Source of the DNA: Chloroflexota bacterium
Lineage (GTDB): Bacteria > Chloroflexota > Chloroflexia > Thermomicrobiales > UBA6265
Direction of reading: 5' to 3'
Assembly (NCBI GenBank): GCA_023423795.1
Contig: JAFAEX010000136.1
Location: 451-64,450 of the forward strand
Length of the DNA: 64,000 nucleotides
Below are positions 1 through 9,884 of this stretch, piece by piece. The notes under the pieces are model-generated. The model worked only from the letters and a program-made list of their open reading frames with translations. It did no database searches and had not been told where the DNA came from. A program made the position numbers and the translations under genes. Every line of letters begins with the position of its first letter. Position 1 is the stretch's first letter.

Positions 1-1
1 G

Positions 2-1468
2 CTCACCACAAAACCGGCGCCGTCGGCCGCCGCGGCCGCGGCGCAAGCCGGGGCGCTGCTGCCGCTGCCGGACATCGGTCGCCTGTCGTACTACGACCAC
101 GTCGCGCCCGATGCCGACGAGCTGCGCCAGAAGGCGAAGCGGATCGAGGAGACGCTGGCCAGCTTCCGGGTCGAGGCCCGGGTGCGCGAGGTCAACCCCG
201 GACCGACCGTCACCCAGTTCGCGCTGGAGCCGGGGGTCGGCATCAAGGTCCGGCGCATCACGGAGCTGCAGAACGACCTCGCGCTGGCGCTAGCCGCCCG
301 GTCGCTCCGGATCGAGGCCCCGGTGCCCGGGGCAGCCCGGGTCGGGCTGGAGATCCCGAACGACCACGTCACCACCGTCGGCCTGCGCGAAACGCTGGAG
401 TCACCGGTCTTCACCCGCGGCAAAGCCAAATTGCCGATCCCGCTCGGGCAGGACGTCAACGGCCGCTACGTCGTCGGCGACCTGACGAAGATGCCCCACC
501 TGCTGATCGCCGGGGCAACCGGCGCCGGGAAGAGCGTCTGCCTCAACTGCATCATCTCGACGTTCCTGCTGACGAGGACGCCGGACGACCTGAAGCTGAT
601 CATGATCGACCCCAAGATGGTCGAGTTGACCGGCTACAACGGCGTGCCCCACCTGCTGGCCCCGGTCGTCACCGAGATGGACAAGGTCGTCGGCACGCTG
701 CGGCAAACGCTGCGCGAGATGGAGCGGCGCTACGCCCTGTTCGCCCAGCTCGGGGTGCGCAACCTCGACGGCTACCGCGAAAAGGTCGCGGACGAACCCG
801 GCGCGGAGCGCATCCCGTACCTCGTCGTCATCATCGACGAGTTGGCCGACCTGATGATGACCGCGCCGGACGACGTCGAGGGGCTGCTGGTGCGGTTGTG
901 CCAGATGGCGCGCGCCACCGGCATCCACCTGATCATCGCTACCCAGCGGCCGTCGGTGGACGTCGTCACCGGGCTGATCAAGGCCAACGTGCCGAGCCGG
1001 ATCGCCTTCGCCGTCTCGTCGCTGGCCGACAGCCGGGTGGTGCTGGACATGCCGGGCGCGGAGCGGTTGCTGGGCCGCGGCGACATGCTCTATCTGCCGG
1101 CCGACGCCGCCAAGCCGACGCGGGTGCAGGGCGCGTTCCTCGCCGACGCCGACGCCCAGTACATCGTCGAGCACTGGCATTCGGTCTCGCCGGTGCCGCA
1201 GTACGTGCAGGAGTGGCTGGAGCCGCCGGCGTCCGGCACGACGATGGTGGCGGGGGAGGGCGCCGAGGAAGGCGACGACCCCCTCTTCGACGACGCGCTG
1301 GCCCTCGTCCGCTCCCAGCGGACGGCCTCGGCCTCGATGCTCCAGCGGCGGTTGCGCGTCGGCTACAACCGCGCCGCCCGCCTGATCGAGCGGATGGAGG
1401 ACGAGGGCTACATCGGCCCTGCCGACGGTGTGCGCGGCCGCCCGGTGCTCTTCCGCGACGACGATTGA
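2..1468 (+). CDS. ftsK: DNA translocase FtsK/SpoIIIE, motor and gamma domains (5' end outside window)
   Basis: The frame is open from nt 2 with no stop. Walker A LLIAGATGAGKS, Walker B VVIIDELADLMM, IIATQRPSVDV, and a winged-helix tail ASASMLQRRLRVGYNRAARLIERME. Confidence 0.93.
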   Translation, partial: LTTKPAPSAAAAAAQAGALLPLPDIGRLSYYDHVAPDADELRQKAKRIEETLASFRVEARVREVNPGPTVTQFALEPGVGIKVRRITELQNDLALALAARSLRIEAPVPGAARVGLEIPNDHVTTVGLRETLESPVFTRGKAKLPIPLGQDVNGRYVVGDLTKMPHLLIAGATGAGKSVCLNCIISTFLLTRTPDDLKLIMIDPKMVELTGYNGVPHLLAPVVTEMDKVVGTLRQTLREMERRYALFAQLGVRNLDGYREKVADEPGAERIPYLVVIIDELADLMMTAPDDVEGLLVRLCQMARATGIHLIIATQRPSVDVVTGLIKANVPSRIAFAVSSLADSRVVLDMPGAERLLGRGDMLYLPADAAKPTRVQGAFLADADAQYIVEHWHSVSPVPQYVQEWLEPPASGTTMVAGEGAEEGDDPLFDDALALVRSQRTASASMLQRRLRVGYNRAARLIERMEDEGYIGPADGVRGRPVLFRDDD

Positions 1469-1517
1469 CGGGCGCGGCGGGGCGCGAAAGTACTCCGTGG
1501 TCCCGTTTTCGGTTTGC

Positions 1518-2516
1518 CTACGGTGCTTCCGCGGAAAGCGAGTGCTCGTAGTCCTCCATGCGGTCGCGCAGCCGGGCAACCAGCCCGTTCATCCAGTCGG
1601 GATGGCCCGCATCCTCGTCGAGGTCGAGCGCCCGCACTATCGAGCCGTAGGTCAGCAGGTTCGCCCACCGCACGAAATGGGACAATGGGCCGGTTGCGTC
1701 GTACGCGCCGGCTGGGCCGGTGGCGGCGCACCCGTCCAGGAACGCGCCGACGATGGGATCTTCCGCGCCCGTGCCGGCGGCGAACCGGTCGCGGAGGGCG
1801 AATGCAGCGTCGGCCAGCCGCCAGCCGCGGGCGCACGCGTCGAAGTCGAATAGTTGGACGGACGAGCCCTGCCAAACCAGGTTGTCGGGTTCGAAATCGC
1901 CATGGATCAAGCCGAACGAACCCGGTTCCTCGGGGAGCGCGCCAAGTAGCGCGGCGACCCCGTCCAGTTCGGCCCGCACCGCATCCGGCCGGTCGTGCAG
2001 GAGCGGTCGCAACCGCTCCAGTTGGTCCCGCCAGGTGGGCCATTGCGCGGCGAGGTCGGGCGGGCAGGCGTCCAGCGCGGCGTGCAGCCGCCCCATCGCC
2101 TCGCCCCATGCCCGCGCCCGCGGCTGGTCGAATCCGTCGAGGTCGAGGACGGTTCCGTTTAGGATGGGGAGGGCCAACGCGTGGAACGTGCCGAGACTGG
2201 TGGTGATGGTCTCGACGGCGCGGCCTTGCAGCGAGGGAAGCGGACTCGGAGTCGGCACGCCCCGATTGGCTAGCCAGGTCATCAGGGCCGCTTCGGCTGC
2301 CAACTCGCCTACGCCGCGCTCGGCGTCGTCGGCGAACCGGAGGACGTACTCGGCGTCGCCGTGGGAAAAGGCGTAGATGACGTTGGCGCTCGACCGGACG
2401 AACCCGAGTGACCCGGCGTCGTGCGGCCAGGCCGACACGATGCGTTCCGCGATCGGGCTGCTGCCGGCGTCGTCGATGGTGCGATCCACGCGAAGCATGG
2501 TGCTCAGGCGCATCAT
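1518..2516 (-). CDS. Phosphotransferase (APH/homoserine-kinase-like) family protein
   Basis: Kinase catalytic motif LIHGDFEPDNLVW. I placed the start at the tandem ATG-ATG (MMRLSTM) preceded by GGGGAG. The longer 395-aa ORF N-terminus looks like non-coding translation. Confidence 0.7.
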   Translation of the reverse strand: MMRLSTMLRVDRTIDDAGSSPIAERIVSAWPHDAGSLGFVRSSANVIYAFSHGDAEYVLRFADDAERGVGELAAEAALMTWLANRGVPTPSPLPSLQGRAVETITTSLGTFHALALPILNGTVLDLDGFDQPRARAWGEAMGRLHAALDACPPDLAAQWPTWRDQLERLRPLLHDRPDAVRAELDGVAALLGALPEEPGSFGLIHGDFEPDNLVWQGSSVQLFDFDACARGWRLADAAFALRDRFAAGTGAEDPIVGAFLDGCAATGPAGAYDATGPLSHFVRWANLLTYGSIVRALDLDEDAGHPDWMNGLVARLRDRMEDYEHSLSAEAP

Positions 2517-2720
2517 CGGCAGCGCTCCCCGGATCGGCGAACCGGCGAACGAGCCGTTCGCCCGCCGAATGCTGCCATGGAAACGACCTGCCCGCGGAGG
2601 CCGGAGATGGATTGGCAAAAAAACCATCGCCCGGCGGACGCCGAATGCGCGACGCCCGGCTCGTAACGGCCGGAACATAGTCTCAACCGCCGCGAACGAG
2701 ACCACTCTCGCGCGGCAGGG

Positions 2721-3032
2721 TTATTCCGCGCCGGCGCCGGACAACGCGCGGGCCTGCCGCTGCCGCCCGAAACAGGCCGAGCAGTAGACCGGGTTGCCGT
2801 TGCGCGGTACGAACGGGACGGACGTCGTCGCACCGCACTCGGCGCAGACGACCTCGGTCTGCGCCCGGTCCTGGATGCCGAGGCGGGCCTTGCGCTGGGC
2901 GCGGCAACCGGGACAGCGGACGGGCAGGTTGACCAGCCCTTTCTCGTGGAAGAAGCGTTGTTCCCCGGCGGTCCAGGTGAAGGGGTGGGAACAGTCCCGG
3001 CACGTCAACGTGCGATCGACGAACTCCTCCAT
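2721..3032 (-). CDS. Zinc-ribbon domain protein (four CxxC pairs)
   Basis: 103-aa ORF with CRDC...CPGC and CAEC...CSAC motifs and high GC3. Confidence 0.7.
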   Translation of the reverse strand: MEEFVDRTLTCRDCSHPFTWTAGEQRFFHEKGLVNLPVRCPGCRAQRKARLGIQDRAQTEVVCAECGATTSVPFVPRNGNPVYCSACFGRQRQARALSGAGAE

Positions 3033-3260
3033 CCGAGTTCCTCGTCCCGCGAACGGAGCCGGACATGGCGGTATCCGCGGCGCACGTCGCCGCGGCGGGG
3101 TGGTGTCCCCGACATTGTCCGATCACGTTGCGTACCGGCAGGGTAATGCTGCTAGCGGCATAGCGCAATAGTTCGGCAGCGGCACCGCCGGTTTTCGCAT
3201 GGAGAAGCGGATTTCCATCGCCCGGGACGGCGGTTTTCGCTCGGTGAAGAGCCCCTGACA

Positions 3261-3269
3261 TGGTAGAAT
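3261..3269 (+). promoter_or_regulatory. Extended -10 element (TGgTAGAAT) upstream of recR
   Basis: TGGTAGAAT lies 58 nt upstream of the recR ATG. The -35 is weak. Confidence 0.4.
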
Positions 3270-3326
3270 TGGTCATTCGCCAGGGTCCCGGCCGCGCGCC
3301 CGGACCCCGCCCCGGAGCCTTCCAGC

Positions 3327-3944
3327 ATGACCGCATCCCCCCCCGGGTCGGGCGCCACCGCGCAGCCGGTGGCGCGCCTGATCGACGAGTTCGCCAAACT
3401 GCCCGGGATCGGTCCCAAGACCGCCTCCCGCCTCGCCTACTTCCTGTTGCGCGCTTCCCGCGAGGACGCCACCGGGCTGGCCGAAGCCATCCTCGAAGTC
3501 AAGGAGCGCATCCGGCTCTGCTCGGTCTGCTTCAACACGACCGAATCGGACCCCTGCGCGATCTGCGCCGACCCCCGCCGCGACAAGGCGATCTGCGTGG
3601 TCGAGGAACCGCTCGACGTCGTCGCGCTGGAGCGCACCGGCCAGTTCAAGGGCCGCTACCACGTGCTCCACGGCGCGCTGTCGCCGGTGGAGGGCATCGG
3701 GCCGGACAAGCTGAAGGTGCAGGAGCTGCTGGCGCGGGTCCGCACCGAGGACCCGGACGAGGTGATCGTCGCCACCAACCTCGATCTGCCGGGGGAGGCG
3801 ACCGCGACCTACCTTCACCGGCTGCTGGTGCCGATGGGCGTCAACGTCACCCGCCCGGCCTCCGGGCTGCCGGTTGGCGGCGACCTGGAGTACGCCGACG
3901 AAGCGACGCTGGGGCGGGCGCTGGCCGGGCGGCGGGCGATCTGA
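3327..3944 (+). CDS. recR: Recombination protein RecR
   Basis: HhH motif KLPGIGPKTASRLAYFLL, Cys4 finger CSVCFNTTESDPCAIC, and Toprim ICVVEEPLDVVALERTGQFKGRYHVLHG. Confidence 0.95.
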   Translation: MTASPPGSGATAQPVARLIDEFAKLPGIGPKTASRLAYFLLRASREDATGLAEAILEVKERIRLCSVCFNTTESDPCAICADPRRDKAICVVEEPLDVVALERTGQFKGRYHVLHGALSPVEGIGPDKLKVQELLARVRTEDPDEVIVATNLDLPGEATATYLHRLLVPMGVNVTRPASGLPVGGDLEYADEATLGRALAGRRAI

Positions 3945-3990
3945 CCCTGTACGGACACAACGATTCGACAACAGTACCGAGACCATTCCG

Positions 3991-3999
3991 TGATACACT
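3991..3999 (+). promoter_or_regulatory. Extended -10 element (TGaTACACT) 8 nt upstream of ATG 4008
   Basis: TGATACACT is followed by ccacccga and then ATG, which implies a leaderless or near-leaderless mRNA. Confidence 0.4.
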
Positions 4000-4007
4000 C
4001 CACCCGA

Positions 4008-5150
4008 ATGATTGAGCACGGCGGTCGCTTCGACGAGTTGAACGCACCGACCCGAGTTGCCTCGCAGCGGCGAGACACCGCCGATTCCCCGCGCAACCCG
4101 GCTCCCGCGGTCTTCCCCCTGCCGAACGGCGGCACGCGGCCGGATTCCCTGCCGGTCACCGTCCGGTACATCCGGTTGGGCGACGTTCCCCGCTTGCGCC
4201 GCCTCGATCCGTTGCACATCCTCGACCGGCCGGAATCGACCGTGCAGGGCTGGCGTCCGCTGCGCGGAGCGCTCGCCTCGGCGACCCCCGGCGGGCGCGA
4301 TCGCCGCCCCGCCTTCGTGGTCGAGGCCGGCGATCGCCTGGTCGGCTATGCCCGGTTCCAGACCACCGCGCCGGACGGACGCTGGACCCTCGTCGCGCTC
4401 GGCGCGGCGATGGGCGTTTACGACGCCGAGCCGGTCTGGGAAGCGCTGCTTTCGACCGCCGTGCGGCAGGCGGGGCTGCGCGGCGTCCGCTCCCTGTTCG
4501 CCCGCATCCCGTGGGGCGTCGGCGCGTCGCCGCTGATGTCCCGCCTCGGCTGGCAGCCCTACGCCACCGAAACCCTGTTCCTGGCCCACGACGTGCGCGG
4601 CGCGTGGCGGGACGCGATGCGCCCACGGCCGATGAAGGTGAGCGACACCTGGTCCGTCCACCAACTCTACGCGGCGGCCGTGCCGACCGCCGTCCAGCAG
4701 GCGGAAGCGTTCACCAGCCGCCGCTGGGAAAGCGCGGCCCGCGGCGCGAAGGGCCGTTCGGCCGGGCTCCTGTTCGAGGACGGCCCGCATCTGGTCGGTT
4801 TCGCCCGCGTCACGACCGGGCCGGGTGGGCGGGCGCTGGACGTGCTCGTCCACCCGGAACGGCGCGAGGTGGCGGGACGTATGCTCGACGGCGCGCTGGC
4901 GGCCCTCGCGCCCGGCGGCGGGCGGATCTGGGCGACGCTTCGCGGCTATCAGGACGAACTTGCCAGCCCGTTGCAGGACCGGGGATTCCAGCCGGTCTTC
5001 GAGCAGGAACTGTTCGTGCGTTACACCACGGCACGGGTGCGGCAGCCCGCCCCCGAGCCCGCTCCCTTCGCGCTGGACGTGCGCGAACGGGCGGCCCGGC
5101 AGGTGCCGTCGTTCCTGGCCGGCGCGCCGGACGACCGGACCGCGCCATGA
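4008..5150 (+). CDS. Hypothetical protein, possibly a tandem GNAT-like acetyltransferase fold
   Basis: Long high-GC3 ORF with two repeated halves (…LVGYARF… and …LVGFARV…) resembling GNAT beta4-alpha3 segments. Its stop overlaps the next start (ATGA). Function uncertain. Confidence 0.5.
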   Translation: MIEHGGRFDELNAPTRVASQRRDTADSPRNPAPAVFPLPNGGTRPDSLPVTVRYIRLGDVPRLRRLDPLHILDRPESTVQGWRPLRGALASATPGGRDRRPAFVVEAGDRLVGYARFQTTAPDGRWTLVALGAAMGVYDAEPVWEALLSTAVRQAGLRGVRSLFARIPWGVGASPLMSRLGWQPYATETLFLAHDVRGAWRDAMRPRPMKVSDTWSVHQLYAAAVPTAVQQAEAFTSRRWESAARGAKGRSAGLLFEDGPHLVGFARVTTGPGGRALDVLVHPERREVAGRMLDGALAALAPGGGRIWATLRGYQDELASPLQDRGFQPVFEQELFVRYTTARVRQPAPEPAPFALDVRERAARQVPSFLAGAPDDRTAP

Positions 5151-7078
5151 GCGAAGGAGGGCCCACTGACGGGCAGGAACCCGACCGCGCTCCCGCCGGA
5201 ACGTTTCCGGGGGAGGGGCGGATCGCGAGACATTTCGGGGAGGACCGACGGTTGAGCAGCATGCCGCAGGAACGACCTCCAGTCTACGACCGGCGAGACT
5301 ACGAACTGGAGATCACCGACAACCTGGAGGATTTGCTGGCAGTACTCCCCCCGCACGTACTCCAGGGCATCGCCGACCTTTCCGCCGCGGGCGAAACCGG
5401 CCTGGTCGAGATCGTCCTCGATCTCGGCCGGCTGCCGGAGGCGCGCCTGCAGGACGGCGAGGTCATGCTTTCCGACCGCGAAATCACGCGGGAGGACCTC
5501 GCCTGGGTCGCCGACCGCATCGGCGCATTCGGCGACGACAACCGCGCTGGCATCGAGCGCACGCTGCACCGCATCTCGGCCATCCGCAACCGGTCCGGCG
5601 AAATCGTCGGGCTCACCTGCCGGATCGGCCGCGCGGTGTACGGCACCATCGCCATCCTGCGGGACCTGATCGAGTCGGGCGAGAGCGTGCTCCTGCTCGG
5701 CCGGCCGGGCGTGGGCAAGACGACGATGCTGCGCGAAACGGCCCGCGTGCTGGCCGACGAACTGCGCAAGCGGGTGATCGTCGTCGATACCTCCAACGAG
5801 ATCGCGGGCGACGGGGACATCCCGCACCCGGCGATCGGCCGCGCCCGGCGGATGCAGGTGCCGACGCCGACCGCCCAGCACGGGGTGATGATCGAGGCGG
5901 TCGAGAACCACATGCCGGAGGTCGTCGTCATCGACGAGATCGGCACCGAACTGGAAGCCCTCGCCGCGCGCACCATCGCCGAGCGTGGCGTCCAGCTCAT
6001 CGGCACCGCCCACGGCAACAGCCTCGAAAACCTGATGATGAACCCGACGCTGTCGGACCTCATCGGCGGCATCCAGTCGGTCACGCTCTCCGACGAGGAA
6101 GCGCGGCGGCGGGGCACCCAGAAGTCGATCCTCGAGCGCAAGGCGCCGCCGACCTTCGGAGTGATGGTCGAATTGATCAGCCGCGACGAGGTCGCCGTCC
6201 ACACCGACGTCGCCGCGACGGTGGATGCGATCCTGCGCGGGCAAACCCCGCGCACCGAGGTCCGCCACCGCAACGCCGACGGGCAGATCGCCATCTCGGC
6301 GCTCAACCCGCGGCTCGATCCACGGCCGGGCAACGGCGGTCCGCGCCGGGACGAACCCCGGCGCGGCGTGGTGGACATCGCCTCGCGGCAGGCGGCGCGC
6401 GCCGCCGGGCGGCCGGAGCCCATCCGGTCCGAACCGCTCCCGTCGCCCCAGGCGGAGCCGGACGAGCGCTTCATCGCGGATTTTCCTGAACCGGCGCCCG
6501 GCTTGCCGCGCGGCCGGGGCACCGAGGGCAAGCCGCTTCGGGTGTACCCCTTCGGCGTCAGCCGGAACCGCCTCGAAGAAGCCATCGGGCAACTCGGCGT
6601 GCCGGCGACCGTCGTCCGCGACGGGCGCGACGCCGACCTGGTGATGACGCTCAAGAACTACTACCGGCGCAAGCCGCAGCCGATCCGCGAGGCGGAAGTG
6701 CGGGGAACGCCGGTCTACGTCCTGCGCGCCAACACCGGCGTCCAGATGGAGAACGTGCTGACGGGGCTCTTCCCGCGGGCGGCGCAACGCGCCGGCGTCG
6801 GGGCACGCGGCGCGGTCGCCGAAGTCGTGGAAAGCGACGAGGACCGCGAAGCGCGGCGGGCCCGGCGCGGCGACGACGCGGTGCTGGCGGCCCTTTCGGA
6901 AGCGGAAGACGCCATCGGCAGCGTGCTCGGCGGCGGCCCGGCGATCGCGCTTGCCCCGCAGGACCCGCACATCCGGCGGCTCCAGCACGAACTGGCCGAG
7001 CGGTACAACGTCGCCTCGCGCAGCCGGGGCCGGGAGCCGCACCGCCGGGTCGAGTTGTACCGGGACGGGGTGCGCTAG
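5147..7078 (+). CDS. AAA ATPase with C-terminal R3H domain (SpoIIIAA/Ycf45-like)
   Basis: P-loop [16 protein letters not shown], Walker [10 protein letters not shown], and a C-terminal R3H-like [29 protein letters not shown]. The start is either the ATGA overlap at 5147 or ATG 5261. Confidence 0.8.
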   Translation: MSEGGPTDGQEPDRAPAGTFPGEGRIARHFGEDRRLSSMPQERPPVYDRRDYELEITDNLEDLLAVLPPHVLQGIADLSAAGETGLVEIVLDLGRLPEARLQDGEVMLSDREITREDLAWVADRIGAFGDDNRAGIERTLHRISAIRNRSGEIVGLTCRIGRAVYGTIAILRDLIESGESVLLLGRPGVGKTTMLRETARVLADELRKRVIVVDTSNEIAGDGDIPHPAIGRARRMQVPTPTAQHGVMIEAVENHMPEVVVIDEIGTELEALAARTIAERGVQLIGTAHGNSLENLMMNPTLSDLIGGIQSVTLSDEEARRRGTQKSILERKAPPTFGVMVELISRDEVAVHTDVAATVDAILRGQTPRTEVRHRNADGQIAISALNPRLDPRPGNGGPRRDEPRRGVVDIASRQAARAAGRPEPIRSEPLPSPQAEPDERFIADFPEPAPGLPRGRGTEGKPLRVYPFGVSRNRLEEAIGQLGVPATVVRDGRDADLVMTLKNYYRRKPQPIREAEVRGTPVYVLRANTGVQMENVLTGLFPRAAQRAGVGARGAVAEVVESDEDREARRARRGDDAVLAALSEAEDAIGSVLGGGPAIALAPQDPHIRRLQHELAERYNVASRSRGREPHRRVELYRDGVR

Positions 7079-7083
7079 GAGGC

Positions 7084-7758
7084 ATGACCGGCGCATTCAT
7101 CGTCCTCGAAGGTCCGGAGGGAGCGGGCAAGAGCACCGTGGCCCGCTCCCTCGTCGCCCGCCTGCGCGAGCAGGGCCGGGAGGTCGTCGCGACGCGCGAA
7201 CCGGGCGGAACCGAGATCGGCGAGCGCATCCGCGGCCTGATCCTGGCCACGGATGCGCATGCTATGCTCCCCGCGACCGAGGCGCTTCTGTACGCGGCGG
7301 CGCGCGCGCAGCACGTCGGCGAACTCATTCGCCCGGCGCTGGAGCGCGGCGCGGTCGTGGTGTGCGACCGCTTCGTCGATTCGTCGCTGGCCTACCAGGC
7401 GGGCGGGCGAGGACTGCCGCTGGCAGAGGTGCAGGCGATCCAGCGGTTAGCGCTCGACGGGCTCGAGCCGGATGTGCGCATCCTGCTCGACCTGCCGGTC
7501 GGGGAGGGGCTCGCCCGGCGGTTCGGTTCCGACGAAGCACCGAACCGGCTCGACCTGGCCGACGTACCCTTTCACGAACGGGTGCGCGCGGCCTACCATG
7601 ACCTCGTCCGGGCCAGCCCCGGGGCGTGGGTCGCGATCGACGCCCGGCAGTCTCCGTCGGCGGTCGCCGAAGCGGCCTGGCAGGCGGTGGAACGCGCACT
7701 CGCGGCGCCACGCGGCCGTGTGCCGATCGAGCGGGAGCAGGACGGACACCCCGGATGA
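7084..7758 (+). CDS. tmk: Thymidylate kinase
   Basis: FIVLEGPEGAGKST P-loop, TREPGGT and DRFVDSSLAYQ. Confidence 0.95.
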   Translation: MTGAFIVLEGPEGAGKSTVARSLVARLREQGREVVATREPGGTEIGERIRGLILATDAHAMLPATEALLYAAARAQHVGELIRPALERGAVVVCDRFVDSSLAYQAGGRGLPLAEVQAIQRLALDGLEPDVRILLDLPVGEGLARRFGSDEAPNRLDLADVPFHERVRAAYHDLVRASPGAWVAIDARQSPSAVAEAAWQAVERALAAPRGRVPIEREQDGHPG

Positions 7759-8087
7759 AACTCGTCATCGCCGTAATCCAGGAGCGCGATGCTGACGCCC
7801 TCGGCCGCGCGCTGCAGGAGCGGGGCTTCTTCTTCACCCAGATCGACAGCTCCGGCGGGTTCCTCCGCGAGAGCAACGTCACCCTGATGATCGGCGTCCA
7901 GTCCGATGTGGTGCCCGATGTCCTGCGGGTGCTGCGCGATTTCAGCCACGCGCGGGTCCGCTACGTCAACCCGTTGATGCCCATCGTCGAACCGGCCGAG
8001 TTCCACGTCGCGTCGCCGGTCGAGGTCGCCATCGGCGGCGCGACCGTGTTCGTCCTGGCGGTCGAGCGCTACGAGCGGATCGCCTGA
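7755..8087 (+). CDS. darA: PII-like cyclic-di-AMP receptor DarA (YaaQ/DUF970)
   Basis: MKLVIAVIQERDADALGRALQERGFFFTQIDSSGGFLR is typical of YaaQ. It has an ATGA overlap with tmk, matching the Bacillus tmk-yaaQ synteny. Confidence 0.8.
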   Translation: MKLVIAVIQERDADALGRALQERGFFFTQIDSSGGFLRESNVTLMIGVQSDVVPDVLRVLRDFSHARVRYVNPLMPIVEPAEFHVASPVEVAIGGATVFVLAVERYERIA

Positions 8088-8137
8088 TGCCGCGGACGGG
8101 AACCGCGCGCCGGGTCGCGGCAGGAGGGCGGTAGTCG

Positions 8138-9052
8138 ATGTTCGAGTTGGCCGCGCGAGCGGCGCAGGTGTTGGCCGCCATTGGCGGCGCCTACCTGATC
8201 GCGCTGTGGTTCGTCCTCATCGTCTGGACCTACCGCGACATCGAGTCGCGCTCCAGCAACGTCTTCACCCAGATCTTCTCGACGCTGCTGGTGGTGCTGT
8301 TCTTCATCCCCGGCGTGCTGCTGTACCTGCTGCTGAGGCCGAAGCAGACGCTCGACGAGGCATTCCAGCGCTCGCTTGAAGAGGAGTACCTGCTCCAGGA
8401 CTTGGAAGACCTCCGGCTCTGCCCCGGCTGTCACCGGGCGGTCGAAGCCGATTACGTGCTCTGCCCTCAGTGCCAGACCCAATTGCGCGAACCCTGTGGC
8501 GGCTGCGGACGGTTGGTTGACGTGAAGTGGCCGGTCTGCCCGTACTGCGCGCTGCCGCAAAAGGAGCGCGGCGACACCGCGCCGAAGGTTGCGCCGCCGC
8601 CCGCCCGGTTCATCGCCCCAACGGTCCGCAAGCGGCGGGAACGGCCGGAGCAGGTCGCTGCCGAGAGCGCCACCGCGCCGCTTCCGGTCGGTGCGACCAC
8701 GGCCGCCGCGCCCGCGCCTGCGGATGGGGCGGCTCAACCCGCCGTGCGCGCGTTCGATCGCTTCCGCCCGGCCCAGCCGTCGCCGGTCGCGCCCGCGGGC
8801 AACGACCGCGACCGGTTCGCCGCGCGCAGCAGCGTGGGCGACGAATTGCTGCGCTCGCTGGAGCAGCGGGAATCCGCGCCGCCGATCGGCCCGTTGGCGG
8901 CCGCGCCGACCGCGTCCCCGGCCTCCGCGCCGCCGGTTCCGGCTGCCGCTGGCCAGCCAGCTCCCGCCCGCCCTGCGGCCAACGCGGCCGGACCGGTCTC
9001 CGCGCCAACGTCGGCGGTATCGCCGACCGGTCCGGGTAGCCCGCTCGGGTAA
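8138..9052 (+). CDS. Membrane protein with a PLDc_N-type N-terminal domain, a double zinc ribbon and an Ala/Pro-rich tail
   Basis: Two TM helices with WTYRDIESR…FIPGVLLYLLLRP, then CPGC…CPQC…CGGC…CPYC, then a low-complexity A/P tail. Confidence 0.7.
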   Translation: MFELAARAAQVLAAIGGAYLIALWFVLIVWTYRDIESRSSNVFTQIFSTLLVVLFFIPGVLLYLLLRPKQTLDEAFQRSLEEEYLLQDLEDLRLCPGCHRAVEADYVLCPQCQTQLREPCGGCGRLVDVKWPVCPYCALPQKERGDTAPKVAPPPARFIAPTVRKRRERPEQVAAESATAPLPVGATTAAAPAPADGAAQPAVRAFDRFRPAQPSPVAPAGNDRDRFAARSSVGDELLRSLEQRESAPPIGPLAAAPTASPASAPPVPAAAGQPAPARPAANAAGPVSAPTSAVSPTGPGSPLG

Positions 9053-9110
9053 CCGCGGCGAGGGTTGCATTGCGGCCGGTCCCGGCGCTACACTTGGTGC
9101 CGGTCAATGA

Positions 9111-9185
9111 TCCCCGATAGCTCAACGGTAGAGCGCCCGGCTGTTAACCGGTAGGTTCTAGGTTCGAATCCTAGTCGGGGAGCCA
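9111..9185 (+). tRNA. tRNA-Asn (GTT), CCA encoded
   Basis: Cloverleaf: acceptor TCCCCGA/TCGGGGA, D arm GCTC/GAGC, anticodon loop CTGTTAA, T arm CTAGG-TTCGAAT-CCTAG, then GCCA. Confidence 0.93.
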
Positions 9186-9191
9186 GCATGA

Positions 9192-9226
9192 AACGCGGCG
9201 GGCGGCAACGCCCGCCGCGTTCGTTT
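9192..9226 (+). terminator. Intrinsic terminator after tRNA-Asn
   Basis: 12-bp perfect stem ACGCGGCGGGCG / CGCCCGCCGCGT with a GCAA loop, followed by TCGTTTGTG. Confidence 0.75.
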
Positions 9227-9349
9227 GTGCCCAGTCCTGCTGCGCCGCGGTCCGGTGGGCCGATCGTGCCGTCCAGGCCGGGTTCGGCCTGTCCCGTGCC
9301 CTGTGCGGGCTCACTCCTCCGGCAGGAGATCCGGGTTGAACACGACCTC

Positions 9350-9733
9350 TCAGAGGTGCCCGTCCGGGTCCTGGAAGTAACCGGCGTAGCCGCCCCAGAA
9401 CGTCGGCTGGGCTGCCTTGACGAGCGTCGCCCCGGCGGCGATTGCCCGCCGCATCACGTCATCGACTTCGCTGGAGCTGCGCACGTTGTGCCCCAGCGTG
9501 AATTCGGTGGCGCTGCGGACGCCCTCGGCGATGCCGGTGTCGTGGGCGATGTTCGCGCGTGAAAAGAGCGCCAGCCGGAGGCCGGGCTGCAGGTCGAATA
9601 ACGCTACCGCCCCGTGCTCGAACTCGCGTCCGACGCCGCCGTCGGTGTTCAGTTCAAGGCCGTCCCGGTAGAACGCCACGGCGGCGTCGAGGTCATCTAC
9701 TCCGAGCGTGAGGAGGCTGAGCCGGGGGTGCAT
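9350..9733 (-). CDS. VOC/glyoxalase family protein, ending at an in-frame TGA that replaces the conserved Trp (see findings)
   Basis: LSLLTLGVDDLDAAVAFYRDGL… GYFQDPDGHL, then TGA. The same frame continues EVVFNPDLLPEE to TGA at 9311-9313. Confidence 0.8.
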   Translation of the reverse strand: MHPRLSLLTLGVDDLDAAVAFYRDGLELNTDGGVGREFEHGAVALFDLQPGLRLALFSRANIAHDTGIAEGVRSATEFTLGHNVRSSSEVDDVMRRAIAAGATLVKAAQPTFWGGYAGYFQDPDGHL

Positions 9734-9884
9734 GGTAGGGGCATCTCCAGGCGACAGGAGCGAACGACGGAAGCGGGCACGGGCGCTTTCGGCGCTCGCG
9801 GCCTGTCCGCGCCCCAGGCCCTCGCTGCGTGGCGCCGGTGCATCCCGAAGCCACCAATCGTTCGCGGTGGACCCGGCAATCGAT

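Noticed and set aside
401-1579. Other long antisense or out-of-frame ORFs (for example 401-1579, 3273-4853, 5021-7096, 11336-13504, 16147-18831, 19499-21190, 44644-46803, 60219-63161).
   Set aside because: Each overlaps a gene with clear family motifs on the other strand or in another frame. All have low-complexity R/P/G/A composition, consistent with stop-codon depletion at about 70% GC.
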